From: an uncultured Prevotella sp.
Lineage (GTDB): Bacteria > Bacteroidota > Bacteroidia > Bacteroidales > Bacteroidaceae
NCBI GenBank assembly: GCA_900554545.1
Contig: USHW01000007.1
Coordinates: 6,861-70,860, forward strand
Direction of reading: 5' to 3'
Length of the DNA stretch: 64,000 bases
This document shows positions 18,794-28,960 of this stretch, piece by piece (the first letter of the stretch is position 1; the number at the start of each line of letters is the position of its first letter). The translations under genes were made by a program, and so were the position numbers. Below the pieces are notes generated by a model. That model had not been told where the DNA came from. It made no database searches and saw only the letters and a program-made list of their open reading frames with translations.

Positions 18794-21700
18794 TTAGAAA
18801 GTCAGATTTATACCGAATAAGAAATTGCGCGTAGACGGAGTGTTGTATCCGACAACCGGCAGTTTGTGCGAGCCGGTGTATCCTTCCATAGTGACAGCCA
18901 TTGTGCTTCCGTCATTACTGAGGGTGTTGGTCTCCGGGTCAAGTCCGCATTCGTTGGTGAACGGCGAGAAGAGGACAAACGGGTTCTGCACTGTGAAGTA
19001 AGCGCGCAGCTTGCTGATGCCGAAGTCCTTAACTGCCTTGAAGTTAGCAAAGTCATAACCGATGGTGATGGCGCGTACCTTCAGGTAGCCTGCGTCGAAG
19101 TAACCGAGGGTGCTGCCGTACTTCGGGTTGTCGCTTGACATGATGCCGCCCGGTTTCGGGTACTTGGCGTCAGTGTTGGTCTCCGTCCAGTAGTCAACGT
19201 CGATTTGTCCGCGGCGTCCTGACAACATGTTGAGGTAACCGTTTGAAGAGTGGAGGGTACTGATGAGCGTACCGCCAATCTGGAACGCACCGATGAGCGA
19301 GAAGTCGAAGCCCTTGTAGTAAACGTTGGTGTTGAAACCGCCCACGAGGTCAGGCTCCATGTCCTGCACCTGCATGTCGTCTGCGCCGATGGCGCGGGTC
19401 GGTGTGCCGTCGGCATTGTAGTCGCCGGTGTACTCAACCTTAATCATACCTACGTTGCCGCCCGGCTCAAGGATATTGAGATACGGGTCGCCTTCCTGCC
19501 AAAGGCCGATTTTCTTATAGTCGTAGATTACGTCTATCGGGTGGCCTACGAACCAGCGGTTGCTCCTGTCTTCCATTGCGCCTGAAGCAAGCTCGACGAG
19601 TTCGTTGTGGTTGAAGTAGAAGTTGATGCCGGCATCCCATGTCCAGCCATTCTTGTTGTCAAGGATGACGCCGTTGAGGCTCATTTCGAAACCTGTGTTG
19701 CGTGTCTTTCCGACGTTAGCCATGTAGCTGCCTACACCTGACGTTGACGGGAGCGAAACGCTGAGGAGCAAGTCCTTGGTATTCTGGATGTAGTATTCCA
19801 TTGTACCGCTCAACCTTCCGCTGAAGAACGAGAAGTCAACACCGAAGTTCCAAGTTGTAGAATACTCCCAGCTGAGTTCGTCGTTGGGCAGTGTTGAAAC
19901 GTAGTAACCGCGGAGGAAGCCTGTGCTTGCCGGGCCGAAGTTGTACGGACGCGAGCTTAACGCTCCGAGTGTCGAATACGGGTCAACGCTCTGGTTTGAA
20001 GTCTCACCGTAACCTACACGCAGCTTGATGTTGTCAATCCACTTGATGTCTTTCATGAAGCTTTCGCGCGAGATGTTCCATCCGGCAGACACCGCAGGAT
20101 ATGTATGCCACTGGTGTCCCTTTGCCAGGCGTGAAGAACCGTCGGCACGGACAGCGGCCGAAATCATGTACTTGTTGTCGTATGTGTACATCACACGGCC
20201 CATCCAAGACATAAGTCCGCTCTGCCAGTAGTTCTGGTTTGCCGGGTTGACTGATACCTCGTCGGTAGCAGAACCGATGTTGTAATACTGGAAATACTCT
20301 GCCGGAATGCCGCGGCCAGACATGTACGTGCGCTCAAACGTTGTCTGCTCTGCGGAATAAAGTCCGGTAACGTTGACGTGGTGCTTCTCAGCGAAGGTGC
20401 GGTCGTAGGTGATGAGGTTCTCGACTACCCAGTTCCTTGTTACGTCCTGCTGCACTGACGCGCTGTTGATGGCGTCGGGGTTGGTGCTGGTCACACCTGT
20501 TCCGGTGAACACGCCGGTCTTTGCCGTACGGTAGTTCAAGCCCACGTTTACGCGGTAGCTAAGTCCTTCAATCCACGGGCACTTAACTTCGGCGAACATG
20601 GTGTTGTACGAACCGAGGCCGCGCTCTTCGTTGAGCCATGTGTCCTCGAGGCTCTCGGCCACGTCTTTCGTGAGCACCCATGTCTCGTCAAGAGGCATGC
20701 GGACTGTGCGCTTGAGGTTGCCGTCCTCGTCGTAAGGCGACGCCAGCGGACTCATCGACAGCACATTGTAAATGCCCACGTTGCCACCCTTGGTCTCGTG
20801 GTAGTTGGTGTTGGTTGAAAGCCCGAAGCGGAAATACTTGCCTACGCTCTGGTCGAAGTTACCACGGATTGACACACGGTCGTAGCCCTGCGTCGGGATA
20901 ACCGCCTCGTCATGGTAGTAGCCTGCGCCGAAGCTGTAGCTTCCGCCCTGCGTTCCGCCCTGTATGCTTATGTCATGGCTGTGGGAGATACCCGTGCGAT
21001 AGAACAAGTCCTGCCAGTCCGTGTTGGTGTCGTTGCTCTCGTCAAGGGTGTTCTCATACAGTCCGGCGTACTCACGCATTGCCGCATACTTCTTACCGTT
21101 CATCATCGGGTACTTGTGGAACACGGTCTTGAAGCCCACGTATGCGTTGTAGCTTACCTTTGCGGGCGAGCCTTGCATACCTTTCACCGTAGTGATGAGG
21201 ATGACACCGTTGGCACCGCGGCTACCGTAGATGGCGGTTGCCGAGGCGTCCTTAAGGATGTCCATCGACTTGATGTCACCCGGGTTGATGTCGGACAGCT
21301 GGCCCATGAAGGGAATTCCGTCAAGCACGATGAGCGGGTCGTTGCTTGCGTTGAGCGAACGCTGGCCGCGGATACGGATTTGCATCTCGGCACCCGGCTT
21401 TGAAGATGTCTGCGTCATGAGCACACCGGCAACACGGCCCTGGAGCGCCTGGGCTGCGTTGGTTGCCGCAATCTGGTTCAGCTCGGCGCCGCTGACGTTG
21501 GCAACAGAACCGGTAACAGCCTCGCGCCTCTGCGTACCGTAACCGATTACCACCACTTCGTTGAGGTTGTGTTTCTCTTCCTCAAGCATGATGTTGATGT
21601 TCGACTTGTTGCCTACGCGTACTTCCTGCGTAATATAGCCGATGTAAGAGATTTCGAGAACGTCATCTGGATTGGCGGAAATCTTGAAGTTTCCGTCCAT

Positions 21701-21940
21701 GTCGGCAACGACACCCGTAGACGAACCCTTGACTTTAATAGTAGCGCCTATCAGCGGGCCAGCCGCGTCACTGACGTTGCCGGTCACCGTCACTTTCTGC
21801 TGCACGGCCATCGGTGCGTTGCTGCCAACGCTCTCCGGCGGTGCTGAAAGTGAAACTGCAAAAGCGTTAGAAGCGGCGCAGGCCATTCCGAGTGCCAGCA
21901 CTACGCCCTTCAGATTCGATTTAGATTTTGAATAATCCAT
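18794..21940 (-). CDS. SusC-like TonB-dependent transporter
   Basis: VVVIGYGT, LKDASATAIYGSRGANGVILITT plug motif, C-terminal GINLTF. Confidence 0.95.
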   Translation of the reverse strand: MDYSKSKSNLKGVVLALGMACAASNAFAVSLSAPPESVGSNAPMAVQQKVTVTGNVSDAAGPLIGATIKVKGSSTGVVADMDGNFKISANPDDVLEISYIGYITQEVRVGNKSNINIMLEEEKHNLNEVVVIGYGTQRREAVTGSVANVSGAELNQIAATNAAQALQGRVAGVLMTQTSSKPGAEMQIRIRGQRSLNASNDPLIVLDGIPFMGQLSDINPGDIKSMDILKDASATAIYGSRGANGVILITTVKGMQGSPAKVSYNAYVGFKTVFHKYPMMNGKKYAAMREYAGLYENTLDESNDTNTDWQDLFYRTGISHSHDISIQGGTQGGSYSFGAGYYHDEAVIPTQGYDRVSIRGNFDQSVGKYFRFGLSTNTNYHETKGGNVGIYNVLSMSPLASPYDEDGNLKRTVRMPLDETWVLTKDVAESLEDTWLNEERGLGSYNTMFAEVKCPWIEGLSYRVNVGLNYRTAKTGVFTGTGVTSTNPDAINSASVQQDVTRNWVVENLITYDRTFAEKHHVNVTGLYSAEQTTFERTYMSGRGIPAEYFQYYNIGSATDEVSVNPANQNYWQSGLMSWMGRVMYTYDNKYMISAAVRADGSSRLAKGHQWHTYPAVSAGWNISRESFMKDIKWIDNIKLRVGYGETSNQSVDPYSTLGALSSRPYNFGPASTGFLRGYYVSTLPNDELSWEYSTTWNFGVDFSFFSGRLSGTMEYYIQNTKDLLLSVSLPSTSGVGSYMANVGKTRNTGFEMSLNGVILDNKNGWTWDAGINFYFNHNELVELASGAMEDRSNRWFVGHPIDVIYDYKKIGLWQEGDPYLNILEPGGNVGMIKVEYTGDYNADGTPTRAIGADDMQVQDMEPDLVGGFNTNVYYKGFDFSLIGAFQIGGTLISTLHSSNGYLNMLSGRRGQIDVDYWTETNTDAKYPKPGGIMSSDNPKYGSTLGYFDAGYLKVRAITIGYDFANFKAVKDFGISKLRAYFTVQNPFVLFSPFTNECGLDPETNTLSNDGSTMAVTMEGYTGSHKLPVVGYNTPSTRNFLFGINLTF

Positions 21941-22210
21941 AGTCTTTTGAGTTATCAAAGTTAAACATTATAGTATTAGTTAAAAATTGACATGCTACAG
22001 ACATTTATATATATATTTACACACTACTTCCAACATTCAAACCGTTATATCGGCAAATACGCAAGCCTGCTTGTCGGCGGCTTGCAGCCTCCATCGGCAA
22101 AACTTGATTGTACGTACATAAAAATACACACGTCACGTGTGACGCCGTCCGGCATACTACCAGCGAGCCTTGACTTTATGTTACTTAATGTGAAGTTCGC
22201 TTTTAAAAAG

Positions 22211-22277
22211 CAAAATTATATATTATACGTAAACGCGTCATTTGTAAATGTTTCATATCCGTTTTTATTTGTTGCAT
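22211..22277 (-). promoter_or_regulatory. susC promoter (-7 TAATTTTG) with upstream 21-bp-spaced direct repeat ATG(A/C)AACA
   Basis: CAAAATTA at 22211; TGTTTCAT at 22249 and TGTTGCAT at 22270 on the plus strand. Confidence 0.5.
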
Positions 22278-22510
22278 TATGTAAAAAATGCGTATTAAAA
22301 CGTCATTATAGACATATTGGAATAAAAATTGGCTTTTTCCGTACAGTTAGAAAGACAAAGGACGGATATAACTCATACGTAAGAACTGTTACATGTCTCC
22401 GCAGTCCACAACCGGCCAAATGGCGAGGGCAAGGCGCCCGGCACCTGTTTCACGGCAACCTGTAGCCCCACTGCGGCGCCTTCATGCGCGAAAGTGTGGC
22501 AAAACGCATT

Positions 22511-22623
22511 GCAAAAGGCCGTCTTTTACAACGCAAAAGGTCATCTCTTACAACGCAAAATGCCGTCTTTCGCAATGCGAAAGACGGCATTTTGCCATGC
22601 GCCTGACTGTCAGCGCGTTACAC
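22511..22623 (-). repeat. Family A element 3 (reverse orientation)
   Basis: Units at 22511, 22533, 22555, 22577; box CTGACTGTCAGCGCGTTA on the right. Confidence 0.85.
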
Positions 22624-22633
22624 TGCACCGGCG

Positions 22634-23632
22634 TTACTTCTCCGAATAGAGCACCTGCACCACCGTCTGCCCTACCGCCCCGAGCGTGGAGCGGTCGATA
22701 TGCTCCATGTCGTCGCTGACCGTATGCCACGTCGGCCCGAAGGTGCTCTGGCGGCAATCGGGGTAATATGAAACGATGTCGATTGTCGGTATCTTGGCTT
22801 TCTCGTTCACAGGGATGTGGTCGTCGGTTACATATCCGCCGTCCTGGTTGACGAAATAGCTGCCGAAGCCTACAACATCGGCGGCAGCCCACACCTTTTT
22901 CACAATGTCGGGGGCATACTGCATCGACATGCCTTCACGCCAGAACTGCGCGCCCTGGCCGCCAACCATGTCTAAAAGGATGCCGTAGCGCGCCTTGTAG
23001 CCCTGCTTGTGGGGGTTGGCCGACCAGTGTTGTGCGCCCAACGCCCACGAGTCGCCGTTGTCGGCAACGTCGCTCCAGCGCGGCACTCCCCAGTCTTCGG
23101 CGTCGAAACATACAAAGTCCACGCCCACGGCGAGCTTCGTAGTGTCGCTGTGCAGCAGCCGGGCAAGCTCCAGCATCACGGCCACGCCGCTCGCACCGTC
23201 GTTCGCCCCGAGCACAGGCTTGCGCCAGTTGGCGCTGTCAGGGTCGTTGTCTGCCCACGGACGGGTGTCCCAATGGGCGCAGAGCAGCACCCTCTCGGTA
23301 AGTTCCGGGCGGTAACTGGCAATGATGTTGGTGGCCTTCAGCGGCGTGCCGTCATATCCGCTGAGCGTCACGCGCTGCTCGGTCACGCCGAGTCCGTACT
23401 GCTTGAACTTCGCAACAATCCAGCTGCCGCACTCGTCGTGGGCCTTGCTGTTCATCGTGCGGGGGCCGAAGTCGCACTGCGCCTTGCAATAGGCGTATGC
23501 GCTGTCGGCGCTGAACGCCGGGCCTACCGGCTGCATCGCAATGCCGCTTCCGTCGCCCGAAGCCGCTTTCTTGTTGCTGTTGCAGGCGACGAAAAGCACC
23601 GCGAACAGAATAAATAGGATTTTGGATTTCAT
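22634..23632 (-). CDS. M28-family lipoprotein, probable glutaminyl cyclase
   Basis: Lipobox FVAC; CAHWDTRP, GANDGASG, FDAEDWG, LLDMVG, DDH, WHT. Confidence 0.85.
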   Translation of the reverse strand: MKSKILFILFAVLFVACNSNKKAASGDGSGIAMQPVGPAFSADSAYAYCKAQCDFGPRTMNSKAHDECGSWIVAKFKQYGLGVTEQRVTLSGYDGTPLKATNIIASYRPELTERVLLCAHWDTRPWADNDPDSANWRKPVLGANDGASGVAVMLELARLLHSDTTKLAVGVDFVCFDAEDWGVPRWSDVADNGDSWALGAQHWSANPHKQGYKARYGILLDMVGGQGAQFWREGMSMQYAPDIVKKVWAAADVVGFGSYFVNQDGGYVTDDHIPVNEKAKIPTIDIVSYYPDCRQSTFGPTWHTVSDDMEHIDRSTLGAVGQTVVQVLYSEK

Positions 23633-23651
23633 TGTCTTTCTTATTTTCAGT

Positions 23652-23800
23652 AGTTAAAGGGGCAAATGGGTCATCGCCCACCGCGTTCGCCAAGCAGTTA
23701 AAGACAAATGCCTTGTATGCTTGTCCTCGTTTCTTGTTTGCTGAAACAACGGCTTTAACTACTTAGCCAACGCAGTGAGCGGCAACCACTCTAAAAACTT
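23652..23800. repeat. Degenerate family H element related to 28990-29222
   Basis: TCGCCCACCGCGTTCGCCAAGCAGTTAAAG ... CTTTAACTACTTAGCCAACGCAGTGAGCG; CAAATGCCTTG core; loop holds an inverted GACAAG unit. Confidence 0.65.
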
Positions 23801-23813
23801 TTACTGCTCATTA

Positions 23814-25616
23814 TTAAATTTTTCCTTGCACATCGGCCATCACCCTAAGCCAGTTGCCGCCCCAGATGCGGGCTATGTCGCCCTCGGAATAGCGGCGGCG
23901 GAGCAGGTGCATGGTGAAGTTCAACATCTCGGAAGAGTCGGCAAAGCCGCTTACGCCGCCGTCGCCGTCAAAGTCTGTGCCTATGCCCACATGCTCTATG
24001 CCCATTATCTTGACGGCATGTTCAAGGTGGGCGATGGCGTCAAGCACGGTAGCCTCTTGCCCGTCGTTGCGCAGGAAGCCGTGATACAGCGTTATGTGGG
24101 CCACTCCGCCCTTGGCCGCAAGTGCACGCAGCTGGTCGTTGGTGAGGTTTCTCGGCACGTCGCACAGCGCCTTGCAGTTGCTGTGGCTGCACACAATGGG
24201 CTTCAGGCTGATGTCAAGCGCGTCGTAAAAGCTCTTCTCCGAGGCGTGGCTCATGTCTACCATGACGCCGCAACGGTTCATCTCGCGTATCACTTCGGCT
24301 CCGAACGCGCTCACGCCGCCGTGGGTTGACGAGCCGCGAGCACTGTCGCAGATGTCGTTGTCGCCGTTGTGGCACAGCGTGATGTACACCACTCCGCGCC
24401 CTGCAAAGTGCTCCACGTTGCTCAGGTCGTGCTCAAGCGCGAGTCCGTTCTCTATCCCGAACATCACGGAACGCCGCCCGGCGCGCTTGTTTGCATACAG
24501 GCTGCCGGGTGATATGGCGCGGCCAAGATAGCCGTTGTTCGCCTCAATGATAGCTTCAAGCTTGTCAAAGATGTGTTCGGCGTATGCTTTCGGACTGTCA
24601 AACGGCGGCTTCACCAAGTCGCGGAACGCCTCTCCCGGCTTCGGTTGCGGCAAGTAGGCGGCCATTATGACAGCATCCTGACGGCCGTCGGCCATCTTGT
24701 GCATGTCTACAAGTATGCGTGGGTCGCGCCGGTCGAAGTGAATGCCTTGCGGAAAGAACATCGGCGTGTCGCAATGTGTGTCCAAAGTGAGCACACGCCG
24801 GTGGATTTCTTTTGCGCCGGCGAACGTCCGCGCCTCGTCTACAAGCCACTTGAACAGTGGCAATCCGCTGCCGTCAAGCCATTCGGGATGCCACTGCACG
24901 CCCATCACCGGCTTCTGTCCGCTGCTCTCCATGGCCTCAATCACGCCGTCGGGCGACACCGCCGCGACGCTAAAACGCCGTCCGCAGGCGCGCACGGCCT
25001 GATGATGAAACGAATTGACGGGCAGTGTTTCCATATTATATAATGTGGAAAGAACCGTGCCGGGGAGTATTCTCACCGTATGGGTAGGCTCGCCGCGGTC
25101 GGCATCCTGACTGTGTTTTATCAACGGATGAACGTCGCCTGACGGGCAAACGGGCTTCAGGCTTCCCGTAGAAAAGCCCTCGGCGATGTCCTGCTCCACT
25201 TCTCCGCCCATTGCGGCGGCCAGCACCTGCATGCCACGGCATATCCCGAGGATGGGCAGCTGGCGGTTGCAGGCCAGGCGGACGGTCATCAGTTCGGCCT
25301 TGTCACGTTCGCGGTTGACCGAATGAAGGCGTGGAGAAGGCTCCTCGCCCGTCCACAACGGGTTGACGTCTCCTCCGCCCGTAAGCACTAATCCGTCAAT
25401 ATTGTCGAGCGTGCGGATTATCGCGTCCTTGTCAGCCAACGGCGGAATGACAACCGGCACGCCGCCGGCCGCGGCCACAGACTTGTAATAATGGTCGGCC
25501 AGACGCGTCTCGCCGTCGACAAAATTGCCTGTAAGCCCTATCAATGGCTTGTTCTCCGCCTCCGGGAAACGCGAGTATGCGCTTTCAAGGCAAGCATCAA
25601 TATCAAACGGTAACAT
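23814..25616 (-). CDS. Fusion of peptidase C26 (gamma-glutamyl hydrolase-like) and M19 membrane dipeptidase
   Basis: GICRGMQ, VNSFHHQ, GVQWHPE; then DTHCDT, DMSHAS, SHSN, GIGTDFDG. Confidence 0.88.
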   Translation of the reverse strand: MLPFDIDACLESAYSRFPEAENKPLIGLTGNFVDGETRLADHYYKSVAAAGGVPVVIPPLADKDAIIRTLDNIDGLVLTGGGDVNPLWTGEEPSPRLHSVNRERDKAELMTVRLACNRQLPILGICRGMQVLAAAMGGEVEQDIAEGFSTGSLKPVCPSGDVHPLIKHSQDADRGEPTHTVRILPGTVLSTLYNMETLPVNSFHHQAVRACGRRFSVAAVSPDGVIEAMESSGQKPVMGVQWHPEWLDGSGLPLFKWLVDEARTFAGAKEIHRRVLTLDTHCDTPMFFPQGIHFDRRDPRILVDMHKMADGRQDAVIMAAYLPQPKPGEAFRDLVKPPFDSPKAYAEHIFDKLEAIIEANNGYLGRAISPGSLYANKRAGRRSVMFGIENGLALEHDLSNVEHFAGRGVVYITLCHNGDNDICDSARGSSTHGGVSAFGAEVIREMNRCGVMVDMSHASEKSFYDALDISLKPIVCSHSNCKALCDVPRNLTNDQLRALAAKGGVAHITLYHGFLRNDGQEATVLDAIAHLEHAVKIMGIEHVGIGTDFDGDGGVSGFADSSEMLNFTMHLLRRRYSEGDIARIWGGNWLRVMADVQGKI

Positions 25617-25632
25617 CGTTAAGTCCGCTCCC

Positions 25633-26103
25633 TTATTTCCTCAACTCCTGCGGCACAGGCACTTCCCTCTTGATGCTCTGCTCAAGGGATATAAGCGTCT
25701 CGGTAGCCACCACGCCGGGAATGCCCTGCATCTGGTTGTTCAGAAGGTCCATAAGCTGCTCGTTGTCGCGTGCATACAGCTTTACAAGCATGGTGTAAGG
25801 GCCTGTCGTGAAGTGGCACTCCACTATTTCGGGGATGTGCTCAAGGCGTTCAACCACCGACTTGTACATGTTTCCTCGTTCAAGCGTTATGCCGACATAG
25901 GTGCACGTCGAATAGCCGAGGCTTTTCGCATTGACGTCAAATCCACTGCCGGTGATTACCCCGTTTTCAATAAGATGCTGCACACGCTGGTGTATCGCGG
26001 CGCGCGAAACGCCACACTCCGCCGCAACATCCTTGAACGGTATGCGGGCGTTCTTAGACAATATGCTAAGAATTTTCCTGTCGAGACTGTCTATTTTCTC
26101 CAT
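25633..26103 (-). CDS. Lrp/AsnC transcriptional regulator
   Basis: IDSLDRKILSILSKNARIPF HTH; ECHFTTG. Confidence 0.93.
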   Translation of the reverse strand: MEKIDSLDRKILSILSKNARIPFKDVAAECGVSRAAIHQRVQHLIENGVITGSGFDVNAKSLGYSTCTYVGITLERGNMYKSVVERLEHIPEIVECHFTTGPYTMLVKLYARDNEQLMDLLNNQMQGIPGVVATETLISLEQSIKREVPVPQELRK

Positions 26104-26245
26104 TTCTTAAGGTTTATATTCTTGTTTTTCTTGTGTATTCCTGCTTATTGTGACAATAGAATTAATGCGAGCAAATATAATCATTAAAAATGACACGCAC
26201 AACATTTTGACATGTTTTTTAGCAGATTTGAGGCATTATGAAATA

Positions 26246-26275
26246 AAATAGGGAGACTTTCTACAGTCTCCCTAA
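26246..26275 (-). terminator. Intrinsic terminator after the FKBP cluster
   Basis: TAGGGAGACT-N6-AGTCTCCCTA stem with a T run on the minus strand. Confidence 0.7.
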
Positions 26276-26296
26276 CGTTCTGTTGACAAACGAGTG

Positions 26297-27295
26297 TTAT
26301 TTGTCAGCTTTTACCTTTGCCGCGCTCCTTGCCTTGGCAGTGGCCGCAACGGGCTTTCCCTTGGTTGTTCCAGGCTGCGTACCTGTGGCTTCAGCCTTTT
26401 TAACTCCAACCACTTCGACGGTGAAAACCAACGTGCTGAAGGGCTTGATTTTGCCGGCCTGACGCTCGCCATAAGCCAGGTTGTAAGGTATATACAGCTC
26501 CCACTTGCTGCCTACGGGCATCATTGTCAGTGCTTCAGTCCACCCCTTGATAACCTGGTTGGGACGGAACTTTGTCACGGGGTCTTTCCTTTTATAGCTG
26601 CTGTCGAACACAGTGCCGTCCAAAAGGCGGCCTTCGTACTTGACTGAAACCTCGTCTTTCTCACTGGGAATTTCGCCAGTACCCTTCACAAGCACCTTGT
26701 ATTGCAGCCCTGAAGGCGTAGTCACCACGCCGGGCTTCTGCTTGTTGGCGGCCAGAAATTCCTCGCCGGCCTTCTTGGTGGCGGCGTTGCGCTCGTCAAC
26801 GGCCTGCTTGAAAGCCTTGTCGAAATAAGCCTTGGCCGCATCTGCGGTCATCAAGTCGCTGCCGCCTTGCAGCGCACCTATGAAGCCTTCGTTGAATATG
26901 CGCTCGCTGATGGAGTCGTTACGGCCGGCAAACTCGTCTTTCAGGAACGGCAGCATACGCTGACTTACCATCTGGGCTATCTGTTCCCCAGCGTAATAAG
27001 CCTTGCTCTTGTCGTCAAAACCCTTGGCCATGGCGTCCCTGTAACCACGGATGAAATCGTCCATGTAGGCCGTGTCCACACCTAAGCTCTGCTTTAAATA
27101 AGGTATAAGGCCGTCTGTGCGCACCATGCCGGCGGCATAGCTCAACGAGTCGGCAGCCGTTTTGAGCGCTGTTACAGCGCCGCGCTGCGTGTCATCGCCG
27201 GCCTGCGCCGTCTTCGTCTTCCTTTCAGCGGCATTTGCTCCACTGAAAAATACGCCCGCCATGACGGCGAGCGTAAAGATGGATTTTATGTTCAT
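26297..27295 (-). CDS. FKBP-type PPIase, exported, with duplicated N-terminal domain
   Basis: Signal peptide; PSGLQYKV, YEGRLLDGTVFDSS, VIKGWTEAL. Confidence 0.92.
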   Translation of the reverse strand: MNIKSIFTLAVMAGVFFSGANAAERKTKTAQAGDDTQRGAVTALKTAADSLSYAAGMVRTDGLIPYLKQSLGVDTAYMDDFIRGYRDAMAKGFDDKSKAYYAGEQIAQMVSQRMLPFLKDEFAGRNDSISERIFNEGFIGALQGGSDLMTADAAKAYFDKAFKQAVDERNAATKKAGEEFLAANKQKPGVVTTPSGLQYKVLVKGTGEIPSEKDEVSVKYEGRLLDGTVFDSSYKRKDPVTKFRPNQVIKGWTEALTMMPVGSKWELYIPYNLAYGERQAGKIKPFSTLVFTVEVVGVKKAEATGTQPGTTKGKPVAATAKARSAAKVKADK

Positions 27296-27311
27296 TTCCT
27301 TTAACACTTGA

Positions 27312-28187
27312 TTATTTCCTGCCCAAACCAACAAGCTCAATCTTGAATATGAGCGTAGAGAAAGGCTTGATTTGCGGTGTCTCACAGTCGCCGTAAGCCT
27401 TGTCGTAAGGTATTACAACTTCCCATACGCTGCCCACGGGCATGTGTGTGAGGGCTGTGGTCCATCCGGGAATTACCTGGTTTGCACGCAATGCAACAGG
27501 CTCCTTGCGCTTGTAAGAGCTGTCAAACACCTTTCCGTCGATTGTCTTGCCCTCATAATGTACACGCACCAGTGAAGTGTCTTTCGGCATTTCGCCCTTA
27601 CCTTCCTTGATGACCTTGTAAAGCACGCCGCCGTCAAGCTTCTTCACGCCAGCCTGCTTTTCGTATTTGGCAATATATTCCGCGCCAGCCTTCTTGTTCT
27701 CTCCATACTGCTGCTCCATAGCCTTCGACTTGATGGCCTGCGACTTTGTCTGCCATACCATCTGCGCCTGCTCCTGAGTCATGATTGTCTTTCCGCCCTT
27801 GACGCCGCTGATGAGTGCCGCCATGAGGTTCTTCATTGATATGCTCTTGGTCGAATCTTCGCCGAAGAGGTCGTGGTTGATGGCCTTAACCATCTGGTTT
27901 GACAGCTGCTGGCCAATCTGCACGCCAGCGTAATAAGCGGCCTTCTTCTTGTCGTCGCCTGCGTTGACACCGACATTGAGACCCTTGACGAACTCGTCGA
28001 TGTAAGCGGTGTCGATACCCATACCCCTCGTAATGTACTCTTTGAGGCTTTGTCCCTGCATTACGCCCATAGCGTAACTTACGGTATCGATTTCACTCTT
28101 GAGGTCTGCCTTGGGCGTAGAGTTGCCACAAGACACGAACATTGCGGATGCGACTACCGCAACGGCTGCAAATGTAAGTTTTTTCAT
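27312..28187 (-). CDS. FKBP-type PPIase, lipoprotein
   Basis: Lipobox FVSC; HYEGKTIDGKVFDSS, VIPGWTTAL. Confidence 0.92.
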   Translation of the reverse strand: MKKLTFAAVAVVASAMFVSCGNSTPKADLKSEIDTVSYAMGVMQGQSLKEYITRGMGIDTAYIDEFVKGLNVGVNAGDDKKKAAYYAGVQIGQQLSNQMVKAINHDLFGEDSTKSISMKNLMAALISGVKGGKTIMTQEQAQMVWQTKSQAIKSKAMEQQYGENKKAGAEYIAKYEKQAGVKKLDGGVLYKVIKEGKGEMPKDTSLVRVHYEGKTIDGKVFDSSYKRKEPVALRANQVIPGWTTALTHMPVGSVWEVVIPYDKAYGDCETPQIKPFSTLIFKIELVGLGRK

Positions 28188-28220
28188 TGCTTGTTATGTT
28201 ATTAATTGATTATTCACATA

Positions 28221-28254
28221 AGCCCCTCCCTTTCGGGATGGCTGGGGAGGGGCT
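28221..28254 (-). repeat. Family B REP-like hairpin variant
   Basis: AGCCCCTCCC...GGGAGGGGCT; reverse complement resembles 5146-5173. Confidence 0.6.
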
Positions 28255-28259
28255 TCCAA

Positions 28260-28865
28260 TCACATTACCTCTATCAGCTCCACGTCGAACACGAGGGTTG
28301 CGAACGGGGGTATTGTAGAGCCTGTGCCGCGCTCGCCATAGCCGAGCTGGTAAGGTATGAAGAAGCGGTATTTCGCGCCTTCCTGCATCAGCTGCAGGCC
28401 CTCTGTCCACCCGGCGATTACCTGGTTGAGGGGGAACACTGCCGGTTCGCCGCGCTGTACGCTGCTGTCGAACACCGTTCCGTCAATCAAAAAGCCCTCA
28501 TAGTGGCACTTAACCTTGTCCGTTGCCTTCGGCTTCTGTCCGTTGCCTTCGCGCAACACCTTGTATTGCAGTCCGCTGGGCAGGGTCACCACGCCGTCCT
28601 TTGCGGCGTTCTCGGCGAGGTATTTCTCGCCTTCGGCCTTCGCCTTCTTGCCTTTTTCGGCCATCTCGGCGTTGGCTTTCTCCTCCTGCTTGCGGAAAAA
28701 TTCCTGCACTATTGTCTGCGCCTCGCGGTCGCCCACTTTCGGTTCAACGCCAGCCAGCACGTCCTTTATTGCCGTGGCGAAATCGTCTATGTCAAGACCT
28801 GTTGCTCCCATCTGCGCCAACTGGCGGCCGATGCCAAGCCCCAAAGCGTAACTTAACTTGTCCAT
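28260..28865 (-). CDS. fklB: FKBP-type PPIase, FklB/Mip-like, cytoplasmic
   Basis: MDKLSYALG, PSGLQY, HYEGFLIDGTVFDSS, VIAGWTEGL. Confidence 0.88.
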   Translation of the reverse strand: MDKLSYALGLGIGRQLAQMGATGLDIDDFATAIKDVLAGVEPKVGDREAQTIVQEFFRKQEEKANAEMAEKGKKAKAEGEKYLAENAAKDGVVTLPSGLQYKVLREGNGQKPKATDKVKCHYEGFLIDGTVFDSSVQRGEPAVFPLNQVIAGWTEGLQLMQEGAKYRFFIPYQLGYGERGTGSTIPPFATLVFDVELIEVM

Positions 28866-28960
28866 TTTTCTGAATTTGAATTTTTCTTTACACCTTATTA
28901 AAAACCGTGCAAAGGTAATGTTTTTATCCGATTACGGCTGCATTATTATGGAAATTTCAC

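Noticed and set aside
21960..22205. Riboswitch in the long susC leader
   Set aside because: Only short hairpins; I could not recognise cobalamin, TPP or SAM consensus elements. An Infernal/Rfam scan would settle it.
21992..22465. 157-aa plus-strand ORF upstream of susC
   Set aside because: AT-rich promoter and leader DNA with atypical composition and no recognisable protein features.
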